From contig OX597822.1 of NCBI GenBank assembly GCA_951406725.2, forward strand, positions 41,044,001 through 41,108,000: DNA of 64,000 bases, in the 5' to 3' direction. Below the pieces are notes generated by a model, which was not told where the DNA came from, searched no databases, and worked only from the letters and a program-made list of their open reading frames with translations. The DNA comes from Octopus vulgaris (Eukaryota). This document shows positions 1 to 14,367 of this stretch, piece after piece; the first letter of the stretch is position 1, and every line of letters starts with the position of its first letter. The position numbers and the translations under genes are program-made.

Positions 1-207
1 TTTTTTTATTTTACTTGTTTCAGTCATTTCATTGTGGCCATGCTGGAGTATCGCCTTTAGTCGAACAAATCGACTCCATGACTTATTTTTTGGAAGCCCC
101 ATTTTATCGGTCACTCTTTGCCGAGTCAGTTGCCAAGCGATGGCGAGTTGCGGGAGGGGGGGAGGCAAACACAGACACACACACATAAATGCACACATAC
201 ACACACA

Positions 208-251
<44 letters not shown>

Positions 252-360
252 ATGGGCTTCTTTCAGTTTCCATCTACCAAATCCACTTACAAGGCTTTGG
301 TCGACCGGACTATATAAGACACTTGCCCAATCTTCTTACCACACAGCGACACCTGCGCCT
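1..360 (-). mobile_element. tRNA-derived CORE-like SINE (family 1), degenerate
   Basis: Reverse complement of the family-1 consensus (tail ttttacttgtttcagtcatt...ggccatgctggag; head ttaccacacagc), with an internal (CA)/(TA) tract. Confidence 0.8.
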
Positions 361-384
361 ATATATACACGTGTGTATATATGC

Positions 385-425
<41 letters not shown>

Positions 426-476
426 TATATACATGCACACATAATATATATACACGGTCATATATGTGTGTGTGTG

Positions 477-515
<39 letters not shown>

Positions 516-737
516 CAAAATAATAAATAAAACATATGCATATATATACACACACACACACGCACATACATTAATTCCATTTGGAATTGTAGAACTATAC
601 AATAAAACGAGTTGCTCACTTCATTTTCCTTGTTAATGTTCCTATATACTCACATATATGCACACATATACACATGTTTACCCATACATCTATATATCAT
701 ATATATACACACGCGCGCACCTGCTTTCAGTCGTTTA

Positions 738-794
738 TATATATATATTATACATTTAAGTATATATATATATATATATATATTATACATTTAA

Positions 795-834
<40 letters not shown>

Positions 835-841
835 CATTTAA

Positions 842-877
<36 letters not shown>

Positions 878-884
878 CATTTAA

Positions 885-921
<37 letters not shown>

Positions 922-933
922 TATACATTTAAG

Positions 934-980
<47 letters not shown>
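738..980. repeat. Compound tandem repeat: TTATACATTTAAG alternating with (TA)n, about 5 units
   Basis: Motif ttatacatttaag recurs five times, separated by TA runs. Confidence 0.85.
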
Positions 981-985
<5 letters not shown>

Positions 986-1677
986 CACACATACATACTC
1001 GTATATGCATAAATTTACGCATACATATGCATATGTGTGTGTGTGTACGAGCGCGCGCACTAAACCACGAATTTAAGGCGATGGGGGTGGCGCAGTCGAT
1101 TACATTGACCCCTCAGTTCTTAACTCGTCCTTGGTTTACCAACGTCGGAAAGATGAAAGGCAAAGTTCACAGTTGTCATACTTTTTACATCAGAACGTAA
1201 AGAGCATGGGGTGGTGGTAGTGTATGGGTTGGTAGTCACAAGAGTAGGAACTCCACGGTAAATTCAGGATGCATTCTCGGGTCTAATATTAGACTAAAGC
1301 CATTTAATCTTCCACTGTCCCCCGAACATGAGACTATCGGATTAAATATTAAAATCCCCCAATGAGTTGACAGGGAATTACTCTTGTTACACTACATTCC
1401 TAGTTCAAATCCCCACCGAACTTGAATTTTACTATACTATAATACATATTAAATTTATTCGTATACATTTTCATTCATACATTGCATATAATTAACATAA
1501 TGTATGTATATATATATATATATTATAGCTCAATAAATATGATAAAATAGATTAAAATATATAACATTATATATATTGTACATTGTGTTATAATATGCAT
1601 ATATATATATTTATGTTAATATATTTCATATTATACGTTTTATATACGGTATGTAATATAATGATAAATAAATATTC

Positions 1678-2073
1678 ATTTCTATTCTAGGCACAAGGCC
1701 CGAAATTTTGGGGGAGGGGATCAGTCAATTAGATCTACCCCAGTACGCAACTAGTAATTAATCGATCGATCCCGAAAGGAGGAAATGCAAAGTCGACCTC
1801 GGCGGAATTTGAACTCAGAATGTAAAGACAGACGAAATACCTGTTTCTTTACTACCCACAAGGGGCTAAACATAGAGGGGACAAACAAGTACAGACAAAC
1901 GGATTAAGTCGATTACATCGACCCCAGTGCGTCACTGGTACTTAATTTATCGACTCCAAATGATGAAAGGCAAAGTCGACCTCGGCGGAATTTGAACTCA
2001 GAACGTCAAGACAAATGAAATACCGCTAAGAATTTCGCCCGGTGTGCTAACGTTTGTGCCAGCTCGCCGTCTT
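1678..2073 (-). mobile_element. tRNA-derived SINE family 2, dimeric internal module
   Basis: Head ggcgagctggca..cgttagcac, B-box-like gagttcaaattcc, and central gcctttcatcctttcggggtcgataaattaagtaccag module present twice. Confidence 0.85.
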
Positions 2074-2416
2074 AATGATAATATAAATATTATCGTGTCT
2101 GAATAATATAATCTCTCGGGAAAAATTATATATTAAGCAAACAAGCATACATGATGGGTTTTAGACATGCGTGTATATTTTCCATGTACATTTCCTGATT
2201 AAAAAAAAGAACATACTCAGATGAAATGTACATGCCAATATTTATATATTTTATTTCGTTTTTAACAGCTTACCATATACACCTATTAAACACTCACTTC
2301 ACAGCTATGTAATATCCCAGTGAAAATCTATACACTTATATATATATATTATATACACCATAGATTTTACAAGGGTGCAATGAACCAACATCTACATGCA
2401 ACATGCTCATAACAAG

Positions 2417-2447
<31 letters not shown>

Positions 2448-2618
2448 CAGGTATACAATACAATTGCATACACGCAGCAGGTATACAACCTCAACAGATC
2501 ATACAGGTATATACTGAAGTGTATATATTATATATTGCATAGTATATATCACAGCTACGATTTTATAGTGTAACTTAATGAATACTTCTATACACACATA
2601 CACACACACACGCATATA

Positions 2619-2667
<49 letters not shown>

Positions 2668-3114
2668 CTATTTATAACATAACTGTATACATATTACAGA
2701 TATGTAACGAGTTGTAGAATGTACGTTTATACAGCTGAGAGAATCGCAGTATCGTTTATACGTTATACTGTTCATACATCAAATAGTATAACAGTAAACA
2801 GACTAAAAATATAGAATATATAAGTATACATATTACAGATATAGACATGAAATATCGCTGTGTACACAAGTATATAGGATATATAACATACATCTCTAAA
2901 ACAGATATTTATGAACAATCGGTACACAATACACATGGTAATGTTATACGCAATAACAAATACATAAAGAAACCGATTGTATAATTATTAATATTCAAGA
3001 AGAATATGTACGTATATGTATGTGTATATATATAAAACTTAAAACTTTGATATGTTTCGACCTAAAGATTGGTCCAAGCCATGTCTAACTTAATAGCACC
3101 ACCTGATATATATA

Positions 3115-3475
<361 letters not shown>

Positions 3476-4032
3476 CATGCGTAGTTGTAAATTACAACTT
3501 GCCAGAAGATCGTCCACACATACAGGCGTGTAGCAAGAGTCTGACTCAACCAAAATAAAAGATCAATTTCTACCAAAATACTGAGTACCCTTTTTTCCTG
3601 ACAGTTATATTCCGTGTATTTGTGTGTGTGTGCGCGCGCGTTTTCCGTGTTTTGGTCACGGCACTGCGGCCACGTGTTGGATCGGGGCACCTTGTTTGGA
3701 GGGTTTACACCAACAAATCAATCGCAGTTGTCTTAATTCTTGAAGTCTGGTACTTATTCAATCGGTTCTCTTTCATCGAATCATTTTATTGTGAGGACGT
3801 TAACAAACCAACTTCCAACCGTCAAGCAGTAGGGGAGAAAAAACACCACACATACACACACACACACAGGTGTATGCGTGTGTGTAGTACACATAATATA
3901 TACGTATATATGTGTGTGTGTAAATAATGTATTTACATTAACACAGAAATACACACACACACAAATACATTTGGAACATTGCTCACAGCACCTGCTTCAT
4001 GAGCGCATTGTCGTCTCCATTCCTCTACAAAA

Positions 4033-4431
4033 TCTTTATATATAAAAGTGAAGTTGTGTGTCTGTCTCCTACGATTTAGATTCCTAACTACTCCCACATT
4101 TTGCGGTGCAGTGTAACCAAAAGCGGGTATCTTATAGTCGTGATTCATATCGAGCCCTTCTGGGTATTAGCGCGCGTCTACGATGAGTCTACGATTTTAA
4201 AAAAATTTACCATCATTTTTTCCAATTTTTAATGCATTTTTTCGCTATTATATAAGGGAAGTAACTCTCTAAAAATGTCTACGATGAGTCAACGATTTAA
4301 AAAAAAAAATTACCATCATTTTTTTTCCATTTTTAATGCTTTTTTTTGCTACTTTTGGGCTATAACTCTCTAAAAAGGCTTATATAGTTATTTCCCTTAC
4401 AAACCCGAGCAACGCCGGGCGATACTGCTAG
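4033..4431 (+). mobile_element. Non-autonomous Helitron
   Basis: A|TC 5' start (tctttatatataaaagtgaagttgtgtgtctgt), 3' hairpin cccgagcaacgccggg, then CTAG|T; internal duplication of ctacgatgagtc...accatcattttt. Confidence 0.75.
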
Positions 4432-4487
<56 letters not shown>

Positions 4488-5136
4488 ATATATATAAAAT
4501 GTATATTCACACACACACGGGCGTGTTTGTATATATGCACGCACACGAATGTATAACTGGTATGTGTGTGCATGTATGCAGTTATGTATACGTATGCACA
4601 TAACACACACATACAATAAACTATCGTAAAGTCATCTTGAGAATAACTTTATGCAAGTCTCAACGGTATACAATCAAGACATTTTCGTACATCTGGGACA
4701 TGCCATATACATATGCACATATTTATATGTATTCATATATATAAATATATTTATTATCATTATTATTATTATTCAGTTCTAGGTTTAATAAGGCCGGTTA
4801 AACGGGTTCCATGCCGTATAGGTGGTCGAAATGACAATAATCCTGATGAACGAGGCGCCAGCTCAATGGTAGCAATTTGTGAATGTAATGGTACAAGTCG
4901 ATTACATCGGCCGCTGTACTTGTGTGCTGCTCAAATTTATCGAACCCGACGGGGGTGAAAAGTAGCAAAGTCGAGTTGGTGGGATTTGAACTTTGAAAGA
5001 GAGAGAGATAATGCTATGAATTTCGTCTGTCTTACGGGCCTAGATCTATACAAGTATATATATATATATACATACACACACACAAACAGACAGACATAAA
5101 TATATATAATATATACATAGATATATATACACAGAC

Positions 5137-5228
<92 letters not shown>

Positions 5229-5340
5229 TGTATGTATATACATAGACATATGTATGGATATATACACAGACATATGTATGTATATACACAGACATATGTA
5301 TGTATATACAGACATATGTATGTATATATACACAGACGTG

Positions 5341-5468
<128 letters not shown>

Positions 5469-5915
5469 TATATATGCATGTGTATATACACACACTACCT
5501 CTCACATCCGACAGGCTTCCACACAGTTTCTGTCAACCGAATTCACTCACAAGATACTGATCGACTCGGAACTCTAATGGGCAGTGAATTGAACTTGAAA
5601 CTACGAGGTTATATATCGATCGTCGTAACCGTGTGTACGCGGGCGCGAGCGTGTGTATATTGTCGACAGCACATACACTGTGCATGTGTTTTGTTTATAA
5701 GCCGAATTTGCGAGCTAAACCTACACACACACATAGACATATATATATATTCTTTTACTTGTTTAAGTCATTTGAATGCATGGCCGCGGCCAGGCTGGAG
5801 CACCACAAATCGACCCCAGGACTGATTCTTTGTAAGCCTACTACTTATTCTATCGGTCGCTTTTTTTTACCATTATATATATATACACACACACACAGAC
5901 AGACAAAAATATATA

Positions 5916-5970
<55 letters not shown>

Positions 5971-6032
5971 CAGACATAAATATATATATATATACATATG
6001 TATGGATATATATACACAGACATGTGTGTATA

Positions 6033-6085
<53 letters not shown>

Positions 6086-6164
6086 AGTTTTGCATTCGGT
6101 AAAATGTTTATGTATATACATAGACATATGTATGGATATATATATATATATACATATGTCCCTG

Positions 6165-6206
<42 letters not shown>

Positions 6207-6209
<3 letters not shown>

Positions 6210-6358
6210 CGCAGGAGTGGCTGTGTGGTAAGTAGCTTGTTTACCGGGTTCAGTCCCACTGCGTGGCACCTAGGGCAAGTGTCTTCTACTATAGCCTCGG
6301 GCCGACCAAAGCCTTGTGAGTGGATTTGGTAGATGGAAACTGAAAGAAGCCCGTCGTA

Positions 6359-6389
<31 letters not shown>

Positions 6390-6603
6390 GCGTTTGTGTG
6401 TCTGTGTTTGTCCCCCTAGCATTGCTTGACAACCGATGCTGGTGTATTTATGTCCCCGTTACTTAGCGGTTCGGCAAAAGAGACCGATAGAATAAGTACT
6501 GGGCTTACAAAAGAATAAGTCCCGGGGTCGAGTTGCTCGATTAAAAGGCGGTACTCCAGCATGGCCACAGTCAAATGACTGAAACAAGTAAAAGAGTAAA
6601 GAG
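6207..6603 (+). mobile_element. Full-length SINE family 1 (tRNA head + CORE-like domain + LINE-derived tail)
   Basis: A-box tggctgtgtgg, B-box ggttcagtccc, CORE-like cctagggcaagt, internal (TA)n, tail ggcggtactccagcatggccacagtcaaatgactgaaacaagtaaaagagtaaa. Confidence 0.88.
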
Positions 6604-6605
6604 TA

Positions 6606-6760
6606 TACGACGGGCTTCTTTCAGTTTCTGTCTACCAAGGCTTTGGTCGATCCGAGGCTATAGTAGAAGATACTCGCCGAAGGTGCCACGCAGTGGGACT
6701 GAATACGGAACCAAGTGGCTGGGATACAAGCTTCTTACCACACAACCACTCCTGTGCCTA
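6606..6760 (-). mobile_element. SINE family 1, 5' half, inverted relative to the neighbouring copy
   Basis: cgacgggcttctttcagtttc...cagtgggactgaa...ttaccacacaaccactcctg. Confidence 0.8.
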
Positions 6761-6780
6761 TATATACAAGATGTACCGAC

Positions 6781-6832
<52 letters not shown>

Positions 6833-7716
6833 CATATACACGTATATATCTAAAATGTATATAGATATATATTATGCATATATATATATATAGGAATATG
6901 TATCTTACTGTATTGTACATGTACATAAATTATATATATGAATATATACGCATATTATACATACATGTGTATAAATATATACGTGTGTGTGTATGTGTGT
7001 GTGTCTTTCCAATATAGAAAAATCGTTCTTCAAATATTGCGACTGTACCGAGAAATCTTTACAAAAACTTTTTAATACGCGTGTCCATGTATAAACTCTG
7101 CATGTACGCGTAAATACACATACGTGTGTGCATGTGTGTTTGTATGTATGTATGTACGTACAATATGTATGCGTGTGTGTTCATGTATGTATGTATGTAC
7201 GCGTGTGAGTGTGTATGTTTAAATATAATTGCATATAGTCATGTCTCACACAGGGCTTGAGAAATACACAAGCCTCTACTGCCGATGTTTTAACGACGTC
7301 ACAAACGTACAAAACGGAAGAATCTGTGTTATGTATTTCAAATTGATGAATTGACTCTCAACCGAAAAAAAAAAAAAAACAATAATTGTTTATGATCAGA
7401 ACTTCAAGTAAAAAAAAAAAACCGCACACAGAGTCTAAATTAAATGTTATATACGTAATATGTAATAAAATGTATTATTGTAAGATAATAAACAACGAAT
7501 ATCAAACTCCGTGTGAAATGTTTCCGTTTATGTTAATAACCACAGAATGCATAATGATAATAACAATAACTGCTTCGCTAGTATTTATTTATTTATTTAT
7601 ACATTATCATAAATATTAAATTTTTAAGTACTGCTCCAGCGTATGTCAATCTATAACCACTAAAAGTACCCAAGAAAGGCTGTGTGTGTGTGTGTGAGAG
7701 AGAGAGTATGCATGTG

Positions 7717-7783
<67 letters not shown>

Positions 7784-7822
7784 TGATAGATAGATAGGTA
7801 GGTAGGTAGGTAGGTAGGTAGG

Positions 7823-7872
<50 letters not shown>

Positions 7873-8401
7873 CACACATATAGAGAGAGTGTTGAGAGGA
7901 ATGTAATTTCTAATACACAACCATCCAACACACTATAATATATATATATATATATACACACACACACCTGCACGCACACATACCAGTGTATACACAGATT
8001 CGTACATACACACATGCGCACACATTCTCACGCACGCACACGTACGTACACACAGACATACATACACACATACACACTCACAGACGTACACACATACATA
8101 CTTACACACAAACATACGTACATACATACACACAGGTATGCATATATTACCCAGACACATACATTACAACAGGCATACACGTATACACTCAGATATATAT
8201 ACACATACAGACGTACAGACACACATACACACTGACATACACAGACACAAATACTCACACATGCATACACACATACACAGACACACGTATGCCCACTTGC
8301 GTATGGATGCATGTACGATACAGCTCGACTACCAAACGATTCGTTTCGTAAATCTACCCAAACCGACGCAGCCTGCACACTTGCTCCCCAGTGGGACGGT
8401 G

Positions 8402-8460
8402 CTAGCGTAGTTTGGGAACCACCCCGTAAACAGATGCCAGGGTATCAGACAGGCTGCATC
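8402..8460 (-). CDS. Candidate terminal coding exon ((R)CSLSDTLASVYGVVPKLR*)
   Basis: Long polypyrimidine tract ending ...ctacattctcAG on the minus strand; phase-1 frame runs to TAG; unique sequence; phase matches the 9344-9401 exon. Confidence 0.35.
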
Positions 8461-8681
8461 CTGAGAATGTAGAAGCGGTGAGTGGGAGAGAGGGAGGGAG
8501 GGAGGGAGAAGGTGGCACTGGTTGCTTCAGTTCACAGATGGGCATGGTTTGATGAGAGGGGTGAGTTGGGTGGAGTGATGGGGGTTGATCATTTATATAG
8601 AAGAAGAGGTGGATGTTGCAGATAGAGGTAGGGAGGGAGGGAGGGACAGACAGACAGACATACAGGCAGATAGGCAGGCTG

Positions 8682-8749
<68 letters not shown>

Positions 8750-8987
8750 GGATGGATGGGTGGATAGATAGATGGACAGATGGATTGGTGGATAGATAGA
8801 TGGACAGATGGATAGGTAGACAGATAAATAGAGAGATAAATAGAGAGAGAGATAGACAGACAGATGGACAGACAGATGGACGGACAGACAAACAAATAAA
8901 TAGCGAGACAGATAGATCGAAAGATATAGACAGACAGATGCATGCATACAAATAAGTAGACAGACAGATCGATACAGAGAGATAAAG

Positions 8988-9060
<73 letters not shown>

Positions 9061-9133
9061 GAGACAGGGAGAGACATACATAATTAAATACATACAGTGC
9101 GATAGACAGACAGGCTGTGATAGATAGATAGAT

Positions 9134-9193
<60 letters not shown>

Positions 9194-9343
9194 CAGAGTG
9201 ACAGACAGAGATTCATGTAAATACATACATAGAGGGCATAGATACAGACAAGTGTGTATAACGACGACAGCTAAGACAGAGCAAGGTGCACGTGTGTAAA
9301 TATCTCAATGTATACACAAGCAGCAATGGCACTGTGTACTTAC

Positions 9344-9401
9344 GGGTACATGTGCAGCGATCAGGTGGGCATTCACACGGAAATTTCACTTGCTCATCGA
9401 T
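9344..9401 (-). CDS. Candidate 58-nt coding exon ([19 protein letters not shown])
   Basis: Acceptor tgtttcttgcAG and donor CCC|GTAAGT; only phase 0 is open. The acceptor side resembles a dispersed repeat motif, so this is uncertain. Confidence 0.35.
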
Positions 9402-9504
9402 CTGCAAGAAACAGTATACAAATCTCCCAGAATGCACTGACACTCAACTTCTCTTGGGAGGACATATTTATAACTGAAAATTCACCCCCAAACTCCATCA
9501 CTAT

Positions 9505-9679
<175 letters not shown>

Positions 9680-9802
9680 TATAGATATACATATATATAG
9701 ATAGATAGATATATAGATATACATATATATATAGATAGATAGATATATAGATATACATATAGATAGATAGATATATAGATATACAGTTAGAAGAACTGGA
9801 GC

Positions 9803-9838
<36 letters not shown>

Positions 9839-9851
9839 TCGTACAACTAAA

Positions 9852-9882
<31 letters not shown>

Positions 9883-10569
9883 GACAACCACCACAACTAT
9901 CAGAATCACAATCACATATCATAACCATCATCAATACAGCCACCATCTCACCATCTATATTGTATCACCACTACCTCAAACACTACGACCACTGCTAAAC
10001 AATGCTTATAAAAATGGACAGGATTGGCATGTCTGGAACACCTCTTATTTTAGGTCTGCTCAATCGAAGCTGACCTAGTACTAAATAAGGAAGCACACAT
10101 TAGATCATGTAGATAACCTATGTCTGAACAAAAGATGTGATAATTATAGCCAGAAGACTTTCAATCAAAGGACAACTGGATCAGTGCCGACCTGGGGCTA
10201 CAGAATCATTAAAGTACTTTATTTACTTCTTAGAGACATCAACTTGATGATGATGATGATGATGATGATGTTAGTGATCTTTACAGCCCTAGGTCCGTTC
10301 TGATCCAACAGATCAAAGTTGTCCTAGCTCTAAACATCACACTGTTCAGACAAAGTATATCTCGGACTATATTCTTCAATGTGCCTGTTGGCACACTAGA
10401 TTATGTTTTGAGGGAGATTCATCTCTTGTGAGTATGCCCAGCATTTTGCCACCATCTCTATCCTGTTGTCTCCCACTCTCTTTCTCTCTCTCCTTCTCCA
10501 GCACTTCCCTCAGGCTAGGTGACCATGTATTTCCTTTGCGATAGTGCACCTGTTTCTGTCATAATTCCT

Positions 10570-10627
<58 letters not shown>

Positions 10628-10737
10628 GCTTGGTAACGTACTTGCTCTACAGCAAGACACCTGTTTCTGTCTCTCTGTCTCACTATAACCTTTAATCATC
10701 CGACACATGATCTCTTGAAAGTTTTTTTTTTTTGTCT

Positions 10738-11002
10738 TGCCACTTAAAAAGCACCCAGTCCACACTGTAAAGTGGTTGGTGTTAGGAAGGGCATCAGCTG
10801 TAAAAACCTTGCCAGTGCTTGTGCCACATAAAAAGCACCAAGTCCATTCTGCTGAGTGGTTGCTGTTAGGAAGGGCATCCAGCCGTAAAAACCCTGCCAA
10901 AACAGTCACAGATGTCTCGTGCAGGCTTCAGCTTGGCCAGCTCTTGTGAAGCCATCCCACCCATGCAAGCATGGAAGGCAGACATTAAATGATGATGATG
11001 GT
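10738..11002 (+). mobile_element. SINE-like repeat family 3 with (GAT)n tail
   Basis: aaaagcaccc...gtggttggtgttaggaagggcatc module duplicated; ends cattaaatgatgatgatg; homologous minus-strand copy at ~43832-44130. Confidence 0.7.
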
Positions 11003-11540
11003 GATTTGGTTGCTATTTCTTGCAGATTGAGCTACTGCTGTGAAGCACTTTTAACTCCATTACAATGACGAAAATGGTGGGGGGGGGAGTGTCATGATGA
11101 CAATAACAATAGCCTCAGACCCCTAGCCACCTATATACCATACAGAGGTGGTTGGAGGAAGAGGTAGAAGGGTAAGAGAGAGACAGTAAGAGTTATAAAA
11201 TGAAGAGAGGAGACCGTGCCCACCACTGCCATCAAGCTGTCTGACCATAAACTGAGACCCACATCCCCACACATCCACACCACCATCTTGACACCCAGGC
11301 AGCTATAAAAGAGGAGATGGACAGGAGAAGAGAGGAGAGACATGGACTGACTTCTTCAGCCACCTTCTCCCTCCCTCTCCCCCACCCTCACTCACACCAA
11401 GGAGGAGGAGGAAACAAGAAGAGGTCAGTGTGGGGCGATGTACAAGTCACAGCCCTATCCTCTCCCACATTAATTTCCCTACTCAACCAACTAGCCCCTC
11501 TCCTTTCACACATATACAAATGCATCTCATTCAATAATAT

Positions 11541-11765
11541 ATTTCTTTATTGCCCACAAGAGGCTAAACATAGAGGGGACAGACAAAGACAGACAAAGGG
11601 ATTAAGTCAACTACATCAAACCCAATGCCTAACTGGTACTTTATTTATCGACCCCAGAAAGGATGAAAGGCAAAGCCGACTTCGGCGGAATTTGAACTCA
11701 GAACGTAGCGACAGACGAAATACTGCTAAGCATTTCGCCTGGCGTGCTAACGTTTCTGCCAGCTA
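11541..11765 (-). mobile_element. SINE family 2
   Basis: Matches the family-2 consensus (cccacaagaggctaaacatagagggg...ggcgtgctaacgtttctgccagct). Confidence 0.85.
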
Positions 11766-11849
11766 ATAGTCAATAACTTCAATCCATGCCAGCATGGGAA
11801 AAACGGACCCTTAAATGATGATGACAATGACAACAAGGATATGTGTATA

Positions 11850-12557
11850 TTGTGGCTGTGAGGTAAGAAGTTTGCTTCCTAACCACATGGTTCTGAGTTC
11901 AGTGCCACTGCATGGCACTCTGGGTGTGTGCCTTCTACTACAGCTTCTGGCCAACCAAAGCCTTTAAATGGATTTGGTAGATAGAAACTTAAAGAAGCCC
12001 ATCATCACTATGGCTTGTCAACCACTGCTGGCGTGTTTATACCCTAGTAACTTAGCAGTTCAGGCAAAAGCGACTGACAGAATAGCATGCTTAAAATGAG
12101 TATGGGGGGGGGGTTAATTCGGCTAGAATCTAATGTGGTGCCCCAGCATGGCCTGGGAAAAGTAAAAGAATATAGGCACAGGTGTGGTGGTGTGGTAAGT
12201 AGCTTCCTTTCCAACCTCATGGTTCCAGGTTCAGTCCCACTGCATGGCACCTTGGGCAAGTGTCTTCTACTATAGCCACGGGCCAACCAAAGCCTTGTGA
12301 ATGGATTTGGTAAATGGAAACTGAAAGAGGCCCGTCGTCTGTGTGTGTGTGAGTATGTTCGCGTGTCTGTATTTATCCCCCCACCATCACTTGACAACCG
12401 GTGTTGGTGTGTACACATCCATCACTTAGCGGTTCAGCAAAAGAAACCGATAGAATAAGTACTAGGCTTACAGAGAATAAGTCCTGGGGTCGATTTATTC
12501 AACTAAGGGCGGTGCTTCAGCATGACCGCAGCCAAATGACTGAAATGGGTAAAAGAA
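11850..12557 (+). mobile_element. Two tandem SINE family 1 copies, CpG-decayed
   Basis: Heads at ~11851 and ~12174; CORE-like ccttgggcaagt; tails at ~12140 and ~12510-12557. Confidence 0.8.
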
Positions 12558-13760
12558 TATGTTGTTGTTGTTGTTGTTGTTGTTGTAGTAGTAGTAGTGG
12601 TGGTGGTGGTGGTGGTAGTAGTAGTAGTATAAGTGATGGGGCGATTGTCTTGTGTAATGTAAGCATCCATTTAAAATACATTCTGCTCCCTCCTCCAAAT
12701 TGTACACACACGCGCGCGCGCACACATATACACACAATGTCTGTGTACATGTTCTTTCCTATAAACATCTCTGCATATTTACAAATATTTAAAAATCATT
12801 ATGTGTATATGTGCATAATAATATACAAATTATATATAAAATATATTCATACATGCATACACATAATACATATTTATATACATATTATACGACATAGGGT
12901 ATGTATACATCTGTAATATATTCATATAAACACAACAAGACATACGTGTATACTTACACATATATACAGATGTTTTTGTACGCAAGTCATGAGTAGTTAT
13001 ATAATATGGGCATATAATATATATATATGCATTATATACAAATATATTTAACACAAGTGCTATATATACATGTACACACAACATATATATACCCTACATA
13101 TATACATATATATATATATATACACAATACATATATGTACAATATATATATATATATACAATACATGTGTACAATATATATATATACACACAAACAACAA
13201 ATATAACTGATGTACATTATATATATACATATATATATAAAGGACGAGACCATTATTAAGAATAACAATCATATCAAGTAGCCAGCATGGAAAAAACGTA
13301 TTGGTAATAATTATTATAGATACCCATCATTATAATTTTATATATATATATATATATTTACAATATAAACATTTTAATATATATTTATAGATCTATAAAA
13401 TAAATATTTATATACCATTCAAGTATATGACGCTTCTACACAGTTTGCATTCACTACCCCCTTTGTTATGGTTGTTTTTTCCACAGACACATACAGTGCC
13501 ATCCTAAGACATGGGTACACTAGGATGTTGCTCAGGGTTCCTATGATTCTGTTAAAACAACCCTGGATACATGTCTATGTATTACATGCTGTGCTCCTCA
13601 AACTTTTTTTTTAACCATTGCCTGCACCGGTTCAATATCCCTTCCTCATTGTTATTACACAAACACACAATATCAGGTTAAAATAATCTTAGTTCCAAAT
13701 ACCAGTTCTGGGCAACTACTTTGAAACTACTTTTAGAATGTAGCTTCAGCCAAACTCAGC

Positions 13761-13821
<61 letters not shown>

Positions 13822-14294
13822 TTGCACTAGAATAGCTGGTTGTTGAAATTTTATTGTTATATTCCAATTTCTAGTTGTATTTTCTTTAGCATCACACACA
13901 CACACATATTGATTGATTATTCAGCTCATGTGCCAGTCTACAAATGTCCATTTTTGTAAGTAGGCAAGTTATGAAATTAACAAATAACACTCATAGTTAT
14001 GAACATAAAACATATATATACAAGTGCAGTGGCTGCCTTTATTTCATGTATGGAAATGACCATAAATTTCAATATCCTTTACTCTACATTTAACTTCATT
14101 GCGAACATTATACAAACGGTGAGTTCAAATCCCAAAGGGTTTTCAAACCAATATTTACACACTATTATTTATAGCTTTATCTGCTTCAAGTTTCACCATT
14201 CCAAAAAGCAACTATTTTACATTCTCTCAAACTTTATAAACTCTTATAACATCCACAACACAGTTTTCACTAGTAACAATAAGGATGTCAAATG

Positions 14295-14367
14295 GGCTGC
14301 TTTGGTCCAGTGACAGAATATATGCTAAGTTCTTAGATGATACAGGTTCAAGTCCTATAGGCAGCCT
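14295..14367 (+). pseudogene. tRNA-like relic (tRNA pseudogene or isolated SINE head)
   Basis: 7-bp acceptor stem ggctgct/ggcagcc, A-box-like tggtccagtg, B-box ggttcaagtcc, ~72 nt; anticodon arm non-canonical. Confidence 0.4.

Noticed and set aside
8434-8484. Plus-strand micro-exon ending GCG|GTGAGT
   Set aside because: No polypyrimidine tract upstream; the minus-strand model is better supported
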